Part shown: one piece after another, positions 1 to 8,135 of the stretch | How positions within the stretch are numbered: position 1 is the first letter of the stretch | Layout: every line of letters begins with the position of its first letter | DNA from: a virus | Lineage: Duplodnaviria; Caudoviricetes | Strand: one strand, 5' to 3' | DNA: 51,091 bases | Virus record (IMG/VR): IMGVR_UViG_3300048855_000061 | Location: 1 to 51,091 of that record | Notes under the pieces: model-generated | The model's input: only the letters and a program-made list of their open reading frames with translations | What the model was told of the DNA's origin: nothing | Database searches by the model: none | Program-made: the position numbers and the translations under genes

Positions 1-30
1 TCGAGTGTTCGAATCACTCCGTCCCGACCA
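1..30 (+). tRNA. 3' end of tRNA-Pro(GGG), cut by the window start; left att copy
   Basis: T-arm GAGTG-TTCGAAT-CACTC followed by acceptor strand and CCA. Identity is taken from the longer right copy, whose anticodon loop reads ATGGGGT. Confidence 0.85.
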
Positions 31-38
31 TATTTTGT

Positions 39-76
39 AAAGGGAATCAGCCACTTACCGGTTTGATTCCCTTTTT
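39..76 (+). terminator. Intrinsic terminator after the tRNA
   Basis: AAAGGGAATCA (39-49) pairs with TGATTCCCTTT (64-74), running into a T tract. Confidence 0.75.
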
Positions 77-88
77 CATTTTTGGCTT

Positions 89-119
89 GCGCAAAACCCG
101 CGCAAAACTGGCGCAAAAC
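89..119 (+). repeat. Integrase arm-type binding sites, GCGCAAAAC x3
   Basis: Exact 9-mer at 89, 100 and 111 (11-bp period); a fourth copy at 50841-50849 near the other att site. Confidence 0.8.
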
Positions 120-1234
120 TATCCGGCTATTTCGCTGATATCGAGGTCCGGAACGGCCTCCGACCAGATCACCTCGGCATGCTCCTTCTGGTAGTTTTTG
201 GTCATCCCCTCGCTGGCGTGCCCGGCAATCTTCTGCCCATCTTTTCCGGCTTTCTTGTACAGGTGCAGCGACAGCGCCCTGACCTCATGGAAGCCTGGCA
301 TCTCTTCTTCCTTCCATCCTTTGTAGCAATCCGCCACCTCCCTGGCGTCCTTGAATGCGCGCGTCAGGTAACGCTCTTCAACCTTGGTCCAGTGCTCTTT
401 GGTCTCAGCCTGCTTTTGCCTCTTCCGATCAGGTCTGCGGTGCACCAGGAATGGGGACACGACGTTGTCACGGCAATGGCTGATCACGCGCTGCAGTTCG
501 GGCGTCACCCTGAACCTGATCCACGCGGCGTCACTGGCTTTCGAAGTCTTCTGCTGAACCACATAGAGATAGCCGTCCTTCACGTCTTCGAACTTCATCG
601 TGAGGATATCAGTGCGCCGTTGAGCAGTGATCAGTGCCAAATCGATCGCGTTTTGCAGCCAGGCGGGTGCCTTTTCCCGAATCGCCTTGAGACCGTCGAC
701 CGTATGCCGTTTGCGGGTTTTCTTTTCGATGCGATTGATGGTGTTCGCCGCAGGGTTGTCGGGGCACAGCCCCTTGGCCGCCGCGTGATTGAAAATGTCG
801 ATCAGCAGCGCACGGCACTGGTTGGCCGTGCGCGGCGTCAACAGGTCGAGCATTTGGGCGATCATGCGGATCGAGATCTGATCGACAGCCTTTCCTTCGA
901 ACTCACGTCGGAATCTGCGGAAGTGCACGGCGTAAAGCCCCAGCGTTCCCTTCGACAGCTCGCGCGGCGGCAGCACGTTCTTCTCGTAATCATCAAGGAA
1001 GGCGGTGAACAGCTCGGCTGATTCGCCTAGTACTGCGCCGACTAGGTCGGCGCCCTGCATGAATGCCAAATTCAGTTGCTTCGCCGCATCCACAGCCTTG
1101 ACCCGGTCGATGCCAAACTGAAACCACTTCCCATCAGTTGGACGCCGGTACCGGTATGTGCCGCGCCGGTCATCCAGGTAAAGGTTCTGCGGCAAGCCTT
1201 TGTTCGACTTGTTGCGCGGCCGTGGGACCATCAT
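119..1234 (-). CDS. int: Phage integrase (lambda-type tyrosine recombinase)
   Basis: Arm-binding N-terminus (LPQNLYLDDRRGTYRYRRP); catalytic R (TAQRRTD), K (QQKT), HEVR, GH and Y (MTKNY); next to att. Confidence 0.96.
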   Translation of the reverse strand: MMVPRPRNKSNKGLPQNLYLDDRRGTYRYRRPTDGKWFQFGIDRVKAVDAAKQLNLAFMQGADLVGAVLGESAELFTAFLDDYEKNVLPPRELSKGTLGLYAVHFRRFRREFEGKAVDQISIRMIAQMLDLLTPRTANQCRALLIDIFNHAAAKGLCPDNPAANTINRIEKKTRKRHTVDGLKAIREKAPAWLQNAIDLALITAQRRTDILTMKFEDVKDGYLYVVQQKTSKASDAAWIRFRVTPELQRVISHCRDNVVSPFLVHRRPDRKRQKQAETKEHWTKVEERYLTRAFKDAREVADCYKGWKEEEMPGFHEVRALSLHLYKKAGKDGQKIAGHASEGMTKNYQKEHAEVIWSEAVPDLDISEIAG

Positions 1235-1443
1235 GCAGCTCCTTTCAATACCATCGCGATGAGATCGTTCCCGGCGGCTTTGTTGAATGCCGCCCAGTCG
1301 ATATACCAGAGTTTGCCGATCTGCTCGCCCGGAAGCTTGCCGTCCCGGATGTAGTTGCGAATTGCCTGGGGGCAGGGCGGTGTTCCGTTTTCGCCCCAGC
1401 GCCGCCGCTGAAATTCGCTGATCTTGATCAGTTCACGCTTCAT
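1231..1443 (-). CDS. xis: Excisionase-like winged-helix protein
   Basis: 70 aa, IRNYIRDGKLPGEQIGKLWYID motif; overlaps the int start by 4 nt. Confidence 0.85.
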   Translation of the reverse strand: MKRELIKISEFQRRRWGENGTPPCPQAIRNYIRDGKLPGEQIGKLWYIDWAAFNKAAGNDLIAMVLKGAA

Positions 1444-1468
1444 GGGATGCCTCTTCCCCGTCCGGGGT

Positions 1469-1975
1469 CTATGCGGGGTTGACTAGCGGGTACTTCGCCA
1501 AAACTTCGTCGACAACCTTCATCGCGGCCTGAGCGTCGTTCACGTAGGCGGGATCGAAGCCGCCGGCGTAATGGATGGTGGCCTGGCAGGCGCGGAGGTT
1601 TTCGCGGTTCAGCTTTAGCGCCGCGGTCAGATCTTCGCGCATGACGCCTTCCGCTCTGCCCAGATTCCAGAAGCGGTTAGCCCAGTGATCAGCCGGAGGC
1701 TGGTTGTTTCCCTGATACCCCAGGGCGATAGCCCCTTCGATCAGGTCGCACAGATCGCGCTTATAGACGTTGTCGCCGTCGATGCTCAGGCCCCGACGAC
1801 GTAGTGCGCTGACCAACTCGTCCTTATCAAGACCTTGATCCTCGATGACGATGTCGCGCTCCGGCTCGCCCGGGGTGTAGATGACGAGCGCCAGCTTGGC
1901 ACCGGGAAGGCAGTGCTCGCTGAGTTTGACCAGGGCGTCGTTGGCCGCTTCGTGGAATCGTTGAACTGCAGACAT
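1469..1975 (-). CDS. Hypothetical phage early protein
   Basis: ATG at 1975 with GAGGA ribosome-binding site; co-oriented with the left operon. Confidence 0.75.
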   Translation of the reverse strand: MSAVQRFHEAANDALVKLSEHCLPGAKLALVIYTPGEPERDIVIEDQGLDKDELVSALRRRGLSIDGDNVYKRDLCDLIEGAIALGYQGNNQPPADHWANRFWNLGRAEGVMREDLTAALKLNRENLRACQATIHYAGGFDPAYVNDAQAAMKVVDEVLAKYPLVNPA

Positions 1976-2029
1976 AGGAATTCCTCGCCCGCCGTACACC
2001 GGCAGGCATGTGGATAGGTGGAGAAGTGG

Positions 2030-2224
2030 TTACGGGTACTTGCGCTTGATGCGGTTGGCGATGCCTTCGAGCTGCTCGGCCATGTAACCCATGTCGTTGT
2101 TGTCGCGGCGGGAGACGACCCCGGAACGCTGGACGTTGCGCCCGGCGAGCAGCCAGGCCGCTATAAGGATCAGCGCTGCTTCGAGTCGGCGGCGGAGTAG
2201 GCCGGTGTTGGGGATGATCTTCAA
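2030..2224 (-). CDS. Small hypothetical phage protein
   Basis: TTG start overlaps the stop of the upstream gene (TTGA). Confidence 0.55.
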   Translation of the reverse strand: MKIIPNTGLLRRRLEAALILIAAWLLAGRNVQRSGVVSRRDNNDMGYMAEQLEGIANRIKRKYP

Positions 2225-2832
2225 GACGTGACCCGCTTGAATACAACGACCCACACCCGTGGGTTAGCGGCCCATGCTTCTAGTCCGTTGATCCCTGTCC
2301 AAAGATCCCGGAACGCTGGCACCGGATATTTGTGGCAGGCTCCGCCTTCATCCGTCGCGGTCCACATTCGACAGGCGCTGTCTCTATGCACACCTTCGGC
2401 CACAGCCTCCTCGTAGGTAACGTCCTGCAGGCGCTCGACGCGCACGTCGGTGATCTCCAGCAGGATGCGGCTGTCGCGCCTGAACATGTGGATGCTGGGT
2501 TTCCACCGGATCGCGCTCGATGGTGGAAGGTTTTCCCAGCCCTGACCCTTGATGCAATCGGGATAAGTCGCCCGGTAAACCGTCGGCCCCGGATCAAGGT
2601 TCGCGGGCTGAGCCCAGGTCTCGCGCACCCATAGGCGTTCGCCGGGCTGGCCATAGGGACAAAGGTCCGCATTGCCGGGCAGCGCTAGAAAGGCAGGCTC
2701 GAAACCGGCAGCCAGGCAATCGAGCGCTGCCTGTTTCTTCACTTCGCGGCGCGTGACCGTCTTCCGGCCTTCCAAGATGGCGCGCACCATCGGCGCCGAG
2801 AACAGGATCGGGCGTTCTTTTATTTCAGACAT
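2221..2832 (-). CDS. Conserved phage protein with ASCH/PUA-like N-terminus
   Basis: RPILFSAPMVRAILEGRKTVTRR, CPYGQPGERLWVRET, WKPSIHM, RILLEITDVRVERLQD and NPRVWVVVF motifs. Confidence 0.8.
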   Translation of the reverse strand: MSEIKERPILFSAPMVRAILEGRKTVTRREVKKQAALDCLAAGFEPAFLALPGNADLCPYGQPGERLWVRETWAQPANLDPGPTVYRATYPDCIKGQGWENLPPSSAIRWKPSIHMFRRDSRILLEITDVRVERLQDVTYEEAVAEGVHRDSACRMWTATDEGGACHKYPVPAFRDLWTGINGLEAWAANPRVWVVVFKRVTS

Positions 2833-2913
2833 GACTCGTCCTCGCTGCTATAGCGGCTGACTTTGAAGGGGGAGGGAGTAGATCGATTAGAGTAGCGGGT
2901 ATTAATCGTGGGC

Positions 2914-2945
2914 AAAAAATAAGCCCGCTAGAGCGAGCTATTTTA
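2914..2945 (-). terminator. Intrinsic terminator closing the GAF cassette (possibly bidirectional)
   Basis: A tract, hairpin AGCCCGCT/AGCGAGCT, T tract. Confidence 0.65.
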
Positions 2946-2967
2946 AGTTGTGAGCTGAATTTAGTTA

Positions 2968-3180
2968 TTAAGCGTTGCTGTAAATTTCTTTAGTAAAATA
3001 ATCAGAGCTTTTCTCTACTTCAGACTCAACCCACTCACGGGAAAAGGATCCGCTCTGCTTGGAGCTCTGAATAATGCAATCTTCAAAGCTCAAGCTCTCG
3101 GAAATTATACCCGTATTAATGAAGGGAGGCTGCACTACTAGGCCAACCAGTCCAGAGGACTTATTTTTCTTGCCTTTCAC
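2968..3180 (-). CDS. Small hypothetical protein coupled to the GAF gene
   Basis: GTG start overlaps the upstream TGA (GTGA); same AT-rich segment; ends just before the terminator. Confidence 0.5.
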   Translation of the reverse strand: MKGKKNKSSGLVGLVVQPPFINTGIISESLSFEDCIIQSSKQSGSFSREWVESEVEKSSDYFTKEIYSNA

Positions 3181-4118
3181 TTTGTACCCTCCACTAATGA
3201 AATCAGGTGTCGCTCGATATACATAGACAGTATTTTGGCGACTGTCAGAGTAAATATTTTGTCACGCTCCCATGAAAACTGGCTGACGTGATTGCTTGTG
3301 AATACTAGCACGCCTAGTGGTTTGTTTCCACCTAATATATTGTAAGAATCCTTTATCGGTACCGATATGAAGGACCTATAATTGGTTTTATCTGACTCAA
3401 TAGTTGCGCTATCGGATAGCTCTGAACTAATCGCAATATCTTGACAGATTTTTGCTTCCCCTTGAATAAACGCTAAGCCGACGTGTCCAAACCCTGGCTT
3501 CCACCGTCTATTTGACGTGGTGAGTCGATTGTCATGGCTACGCCATTTTATGCAAAGGTCTTCGCTGTTTTTGTCATACAGATAGAGAGCGAAGTTATAA
3601 AGGGAGTCGCCTTTGTATCCGAATAGTTGTGTGCGATGATCTACCAAGTGCCAGAGAATGCGATTAAGTCCGGTCTCCCAGTCTTTCAGTCCTTGCGCGA
3701 GTGGGTAGTCTTCTGGGCGTGATCTAACTTCGTCGATTAATGACTCAAGCTCCAAGGTCATTAAGTAAGTGACGCTTTGTTGGGTTTTGGATACTTCGTA
3801 TACCGCTCTGGCTTTCGGGATTATTTCTATTTTGTATTTGTCAGTCTCAGCCAAGGACTCCTCAACCGCAAGAGTTGTAGATCTTCTGTTCCCAGCATAA
3901 AAGATTATTATGGCGAAAATTAGATGGACTGTAATCGAAATAGAATAAAGAGTTATTTCCGCAGAGGTGAAGTCTTGAGCCGCAAACAGCTTGCTGGCAA
4001 ATAGACCGATCACAAGCGGAGCAATCAATGTCATCCAAGTATTCGCGCAAAATATACTCGCTGACACAATGCTGTCTTCAATGTTTCTGTTGGCTTGGTT
4101 TACTAGTTTTAAATCCAT
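3177..4118 (-). CDS. Two-transmembrane GAF-domain protein (cargo)
   Basis: Two N-terminal hydrophobic segments; C-terminal GAF signatures GFGHVGLAF, RSFISVPI, PLGVLVFTS; AT-rich relative to phage core. Confidence 0.75.
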   Translation of the reverse strand: MDLKLVNQANRNIEDSIVSASIFCANTWMTLIAPLVIGLFASKLFAAQDFTSAEITLYSISITVHLIFAIIIFYAGNRRSTTLAVEESLAETDKYKIEIIPKARAVYEVSKTQQSVTYLMTLELESLIDEVRSRPEDYPLAQGLKDWETGLNRILWHLVDHRTQLFGYKGDSLYNFALYLYDKNSEDLCIKWRSHDNRLTTSNRRWKPGFGHVGLAFIQGEAKICQDIAISSELSDSATIESDKTNYRSFISVPIKDSYNILGGNKPLGVLVFTSNHVSQFSWERDKIFTLTVAKILSMYIERHLISLVEGTK

Positions 4119-4285
4119 TTATTGGAACTCTGATGGTATGCCTATGACTTTATGGTTTATGAGCGAGGTTTAGTCAAGTGATGCGTGGATCGCATGGGTT
4201 TCGTACCGTGTCTGTTCAGCGTTCCGATCGTGCGGCCTTGCTGTGCGCTATAGCCGCAGCCTGCGCTGTGGCGGTGGACCTGGGG

Positions 4286-5308
4286 TTATTCGGCGTTATT
4301 CGTTGTCGATTGAGAGGATGGTGAATGCTGCTGCTGCCACTCGCGGAACCTGTCCATTGCCAAGGGCTTTAATTCGGTCCACCCGATTGGCCACCCCATT
4401 AGCCACTCGACCCATTCCGGGTTCAGCTGGCCACCGTCCGAAGCCATCACTGCGTGGTCCAGACGGTCGTTCGATCGGTTGGCCCCTGACTTGCGTTTTA
4501 GCGCCGCAGGTGATGATCCTTTGCTCGCGCTCGCGACCGGCGTCGGCCATCGTCTCGCACTGACTGCCTCGATCAGGGTTCCGCCTTCCCGTCCCTTGCG
4601 AGGTGTGATCCGTCCGCCCTTGCTGCCCAGCGTCGCTGTCGGGGTAGGCCATTGCTTCGCAGCACTTGATAGACCCCACCCCGCATTCTTGCTCGCACCA
4701 GGCTGGTTGTGATTGCCGTGCACTGTTGGCGTTGGCCACAGGATCGCCTCGGCCGACAGTTTGGGCTCGTTGCGACTGTTCCACTTTCCCGCTGGCCGGC
4801 TCACCGAGTCGTCTGCCACTGGCGTTTGCCACAATCCAGATGCGATCTCGCTGGTGGGGAGCGCTGAGATCTGCCGCTCCCACAACCCCCCATCGCGCGT
4901 CATACCCCATTTCGGCAAGGTCACCGAGGACCACGGCAAGACCTCTTCCCACAAGCAGAGGTGAGTTTTCCATGTAGACGAGTCGAGGTCGTACCTCACC
5001 GACAATTCTTGCCATCTGCCTCCAAAGCCCCGATCGAGCACCATCGATGCCGACTCCATTCCCGGCAGCTGATATGTCCTGACACGGGAATCCGCCCGAA
5101 ACCACGTCAACAAGGCCTCGCCAAGGTCGTCCGTCAAAACTGCACACGTCAGACCAAATTGGGAAAGCTTTGAGGGCTCCATCGTTTTGTCGTTGCGCCA
5201 GAACTTGTGCTGCGTAGGCATCACGCTCAACGGCGCAGACGGTACGCCAGCCAAGGAGGTGGCCTCCGAGAATTCCGCCGCCAGCGCCTGCGAAAAGAGC
5301 CAGCTCAT
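4286..5308 (-). CDS. Overlapping-frame methyltransferase beta-like polypeptide (motif IX plus W(P/Q)TP repeats)
   Basis: 340 codons open in the +1 frame on the same strand; contains LNPEWVEWLMGWPIGWT (motif IX-like) and four W(P/Q)TP repeats. Confidence 0.78.
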   Translation of the reverse strand: MSWLFSQALAAEFSEATSLAGVPSAPLSVMPTQHKFWRNDKTMEPSKLSQFGLTCAVLTDDLGEALLTWFRADSRVRTYQLPGMESASMVLDRGFGGRWQELSVRYDLDSSTWKTHLCLWEEVLPWSSVTLPKWGMTRDGGLWERQISALPTSEIASGLWQTPVADDSVSRPAGKWNSRNEPKLSAEAILWPTPTVHGNHNQPGASKNAGWGLSSAAKQWPTPTATLGSKGGRITPRKGREGGTLIEAVSARRWPTPVASASKGSSPAALKRKSGANRSNDRLDHAVMASDGGQLNPEWVEWLMGWPIGWTELKPLAMDRFREWQQQHSPSSQSTTNNAE

Positions 5309-5312
5309 TCAT
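4296..5312 (-). CDS. C5-cytosine DNA methyltransferase, catalytic (alpha) polypeptide
   Basis: Motif I LFAGAGG, IV GGFPCQDIS, VI YMENS, VIII PHQRDRIWIVA, X ALGNGQVP; motif IX not evident in this frame. Confidence 0.9.
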   Translation of the reverse strand: MNELALFAGAGGGILGGHLLGWRTVCAVERDAYAAQVLAQRQNDGALKAFPIWSDVCSFDGRPWRGLVDVVSGGFPCQDISAAGNGVGIDGARSGLWRQMARIVGEVRPRLVYMENSPLLVGRGLAVVLGDLAEMGYDARWGVVGAADLSAPHQRDRIWIVANASGRRLGEPASGKVEQSQRAQTVGRGDPVANANSARQSQPAWCEQECGVGSIKCCEAMAYPDSDAGQQGRTDHTSQGTGRRNPDRGSQCETMADAGREREQRIITCGAKTQVRGQPIERPSGPRSDGFGRWPAEPGMGRVANGVANRVDRIKALGNGQVPRVAAAAFTILSIDNE

Positions 5313-5410
5313 GAGTACTCCAAAAAATTTCCATGCGGGATCCTCGCCAGTGGCGTGATATGTAGAAGTCAGGTATTGGTGAGTTTTTAACGGCGTGGGG
5401 ACGTTGTCAG

Positions 5411-5884
5411 ATGGATAAGTTTTGGATTCCGCTCACGTTGGCTATCCTGGGCGCTGCAGCTGCCGCGTACTTCGCTATCGTGAGGACAAAAAGAGAGAAG
5501 CTCTGGAGTGAACGCTACCAGCGAATAGCGTCCGCTCTCGAGAAAACTAACCTCATTCAGCGATATCTTGACAGCGAGGTGAATGGGGAACATCGGGTGC
5601 ACGGACTTACATCACACGAGAAATCCCAGCTGGACGCAAACTGGCCCGTCGCCAGATATCAGCTCGGTACGGATATCACTATGCTCCGTATGCTGTTCAC
5701 CGAAGCTGACTTTGATGAAACGTACAAGCGGTGGAACGCTCTTCAAGTGAAGCTGTTTTTACTAATAGAGGACTCCATGCCGCAGGACACTCATGAATAC
5801 GTATCAGCTGCTCGGCCTAAGGCCGAAAAGCTCGAAAAGGCTTTGATCGAGCTTTCGAGAGCTAAATGCCTCGGGTTCTTATAA
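5411..5884 (+). CDS. Membrane-anchored hypothetical cargo protein
   Basis: N-terminal hydrophobic helix; orientation opposite to the early operon. Confidence 0.75.
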   Translation: MDKFWIPLTLAILGAAAAAYFAIVRTKREKLWSERYQRIASALEKTNLIQRYLDSEVNGEHRVHGLTSHEKSQLDANWPVARYQLGTDITMLRMLFTEADFDETYKRWNALQVKLFLLIEDSMPQDTHEYVSAARPKAEKLEKALIELSRAKCLGFL

Positions 5885-5962
5885 GGTTATTCGGCGCTTC
5901 GTGCTTTCGCCCAGTGCGTAAAAATGGCCTACGCTTACCGCTCCACAGGGAGGGATACGGTC

Positions 5963-6166
5963 ATGAGCGAAGACAGGGAAAGGGTTTTACGGATGGCGCT
6001 GAAGGCGGTGCTGGTCGCGGCGCAGGAGTGCTGCGTTGATATCGACGAGCTCACGGAGCTGGCGATTCAATCGATGTACGGCGAGCAGCTCTACAACCCG
6101 GACGATGTGGCTGAGGCGACTGGCGCAATCGAAGTGGCGGCTGACGCGCTGCCGGTGGTGCAGTGA
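5963..6166 (+). CDS. Small acidic hypothetical protein
   Basis: GGGAGG ribosome-binding site before ATG 5963. Confidence 0.7.
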   Translation: MSEDRERVLRMALKAVLVAAQECCVDIDELTELAIQSMYGEQLYNPDDVAEATGAIEVAADALPVVQ

Positions 6167-6410
6167 TTGTCTGGTATGTGTGACATCCCGCGCATCGTGT
6201 TACGCACACGCGACAAGGGGTCTCGTCGCCAGGGTGACAAATAGGTTAGTGGTCAGGTTTAATGACGATGCCGGAGCGGGGCTTTATCCCTGCATAATCC
6301 GGTAGAAGGCATCTGTTCTGCAGGTGCCTTTTTTGTTGTCTGCGATCTAGCATCGAGCGCAGTGTTGGGCTATACGTGGTGACCGGCATGGGCCGGATCA
6401 AGGAGTAGGG

Positions 6411-7010
6411 TTGGATACTAAAGACCTAGCAACACTGACGATGGCTGGCGCCGCGTTGGCTGTGTCGCTTGCAAACTTTTATTTTTCGCAGTTCCACAAG
6501 CCTTCTGGGGCTATGCTAATTCTGCTGTCTAGAACCGTTAGCCCAGAACGGTGGCAGCATAATTCAGGAATATTTGCCCACCTTCCCGAGAAGCAACTGG
6601 TTTCACCTGCGATCCGGCATCTCAAATACACGCTTAGCAACACCGGCAAACAGGCCCTCTATGTTAAAAGCGTTGATCTAGTGCAAGGTCCCGACCGCCG
6701 AGGGCATATGAAAAGCCACCACCCGTTCATAGTCATACCGAGCAGCCATGTGCCGCCGTTTTTGCTGGATCCCGGCGAAATTCATGTGATGGAATTTAGC
6801 CACGAATTGAAACATGATTTTGGCGAAAATCACGACGCTGAGAAGTATCGGTATCAGCTAGTCAGCTTAGAAATTGCGTCAGCTGACGGGAGCAGGTACC
6901 AGATCTGCCACGAAGTGACTGACCTCGGAACTGCGGGGCCCGACCTACATGACCCGATTTGGGATGGAACACCGCTAGGCTCTCCTGTGCGAACCTCTGG
7001 ATACTTTTAG
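6411..7010 (+). CDS. Membrane-anchored hypothetical cargo protein
   Basis: AAGGAG site before TTG; N-terminal hydrophobic helix followed by a beta-rich region. Confidence 0.75.
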   Translation: MDTKDLATLTMAGAALAVSLANFYFSQFHKPSGAMLILLSRTVSPERWQHNSGIFAHLPEKQLVSPAIRHLKYTLSNTGKQALYVKSVDLVQGPDRRGHMKSHHPFIVIPSSHVPPFLLDPGEIHVMEFSHELKHDFGENHDAEKYRYQLVSLEIASADGSRYQICHEVTDLGTAGPDLHDPIWDGTPLGSPVRTSGYF

Positions 7011-7014
7011 CTGG

Positions 7015-7341
7015 CTACTGCTCGCCATCAGAGTAAGGCTCTGCCATCCCAGCCTTTCTTAAAATACGCGCGCGGTCTGGCGTTACGACGAAGGCTGACG
7101 AGTCAGGTTTCTTCAGCCGTCGTGCCTGCTCCTCGCTTGGCATCGATAGGAAAGATAGCGCCAGATCCTGCCAAAGCTCCTGCGCTTGGCTGTAACCATG
7201 TTCAGCCATCGCAGTGTTAATGCCTGAGCGTACGCTCGCTGGCGCCTCGATCTTCAGCGTCTCGATGCCCATCTTTGCTTTGAGCTCTGCCTGCCGCTCC
7301 CGGTACGCTGCCGAGTGCTTCGCTGCTGCCGTCTGTTCCAT
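7015..7341 (-). CDS. Hypothetical phage early protein
   Basis: GGAG site and ATG; part of the leftward operon. Confidence 0.75.
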   Translation of the reverse strand: MEQTAAAKHSAAYRERQAELKAKMGIETLKIEAPASVRSGINTAMAEHGYSQAQELWQDLALSFLSMPSEEQARRLKKPDSSAFVVTPDRARILRKAGMAEPYSDGEQ

Positions 7342-7425
7342 TGCGTGGGTCTCCGATCTGGTGCGCTGGCATGCTGAGCCAGGTCTGCAGCCTGCGCTGG
7401 TTGGCGCATTTGAATAGACGCCGCA

Positions 7426-7740
7426 TCAGGTAGCCGCGGAGAAGGTGATGCCGTGCTCTCGGGCGGTGAGGGCGACGGTGCGGGTGTCGATTCCGATCTT
7501 CATGCCGATCTGGCGAGCGTTCAGGCCCGCCTTTGCCAGCTCTCGAATCCGCGGCGCCTGCTTTGCGCGCTTGGCCTTGAGCGTTTCCAGATGATTCGTG
7601 GTGCCCAGCAGTGGCGCGTTGGCGCTGACGCCCTGGTCGATATGCTGGATACGGTGGCCGGTGGCAAGGAAGTGATCGATCTGCGCGGACAGCTGCGCGA
7701 TGGCCTGCTTGTGCTGGTCCGGTACGCTTTCGCCGATCAT
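7426..7740 (-). CDS. Hypothetical protein with C-terminal helix-turn-helix
   Basis: IRELAKAGLNARQIGMKIGIDTRTV is HTH-like; start coupled to the upstream stop. Confidence 0.75.
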   Translation of the reverse strand: MIGESVPDQHKQAIAQLSAQIDHFLATGHRIQHIDQGVSANAPLLGTTNHLETLKAKRAKQAPRIRELAKAGLNARQIGMKIGIDTRTVALTAREHGITFSAAT

Positions 7741-8003
7741 TGCACTAACCTCAGAACAGGCTGTGCCTCCAGTTGCTGCGCGAAGTTCACAGCCTCCTTC
7801 CAGTTGTTGAACCCGCCGCGCAGAGAGCCGGTTGCGAGTTCAACGACGCTGTACGAGTTGCGCGCTTTGCTCAGTACCTGAAAGCGCACCTTGCTGCCAG
7901 GCATTGCCCGGTCGGTACGCTTGCTGAACTCGCCTCGGGCGGCGCTTGAGCGTTGGAGCAAAGCCCCCAGCTCTACGATTCGATCTTGAAATGCCTGGTG
8001 CAT
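7737..8003 (-). CDS. Hypothetical phage early protein
   Basis: AGAGGA site before ATG 8003. Confidence 0.75.
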   Translation of the reverse strand: MHQAFQDRIVELGALLQRSSAARGEFSKRTDRAMPGSKVRFQVLSKARNSYSVVELATGSLRGGFNNWKEAVNFAQQLEAQPVLRLVQ

Positions 8004-8105
8004 GGCGATTCCTCTTGTTGGTCTGCGTGTACTCGTCAGCACTCTGGCCACCTGACGAAAGCCGATTGGGCGCAGGGGAGAGTGCTGACGGGTAAACGCT
8101 GGGTA

Positions 8106-8135
8106 TAAAAAAGCCCCATCGACGCGGGGCTTTTC
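8106..8135 (-). terminator. Intrinsic terminator in the pL transcript
   Basis: AAAAAAGCCCC-ATCGACGC-GGGGCTTTT; T tract on the minus strand. Confidence 0.75.

Noticed and set aside
179-1021. 280-aa ORF antisense to the integrase
   Set aside because: Shadow ORF without ribosome-binding site or recognisable motifs.
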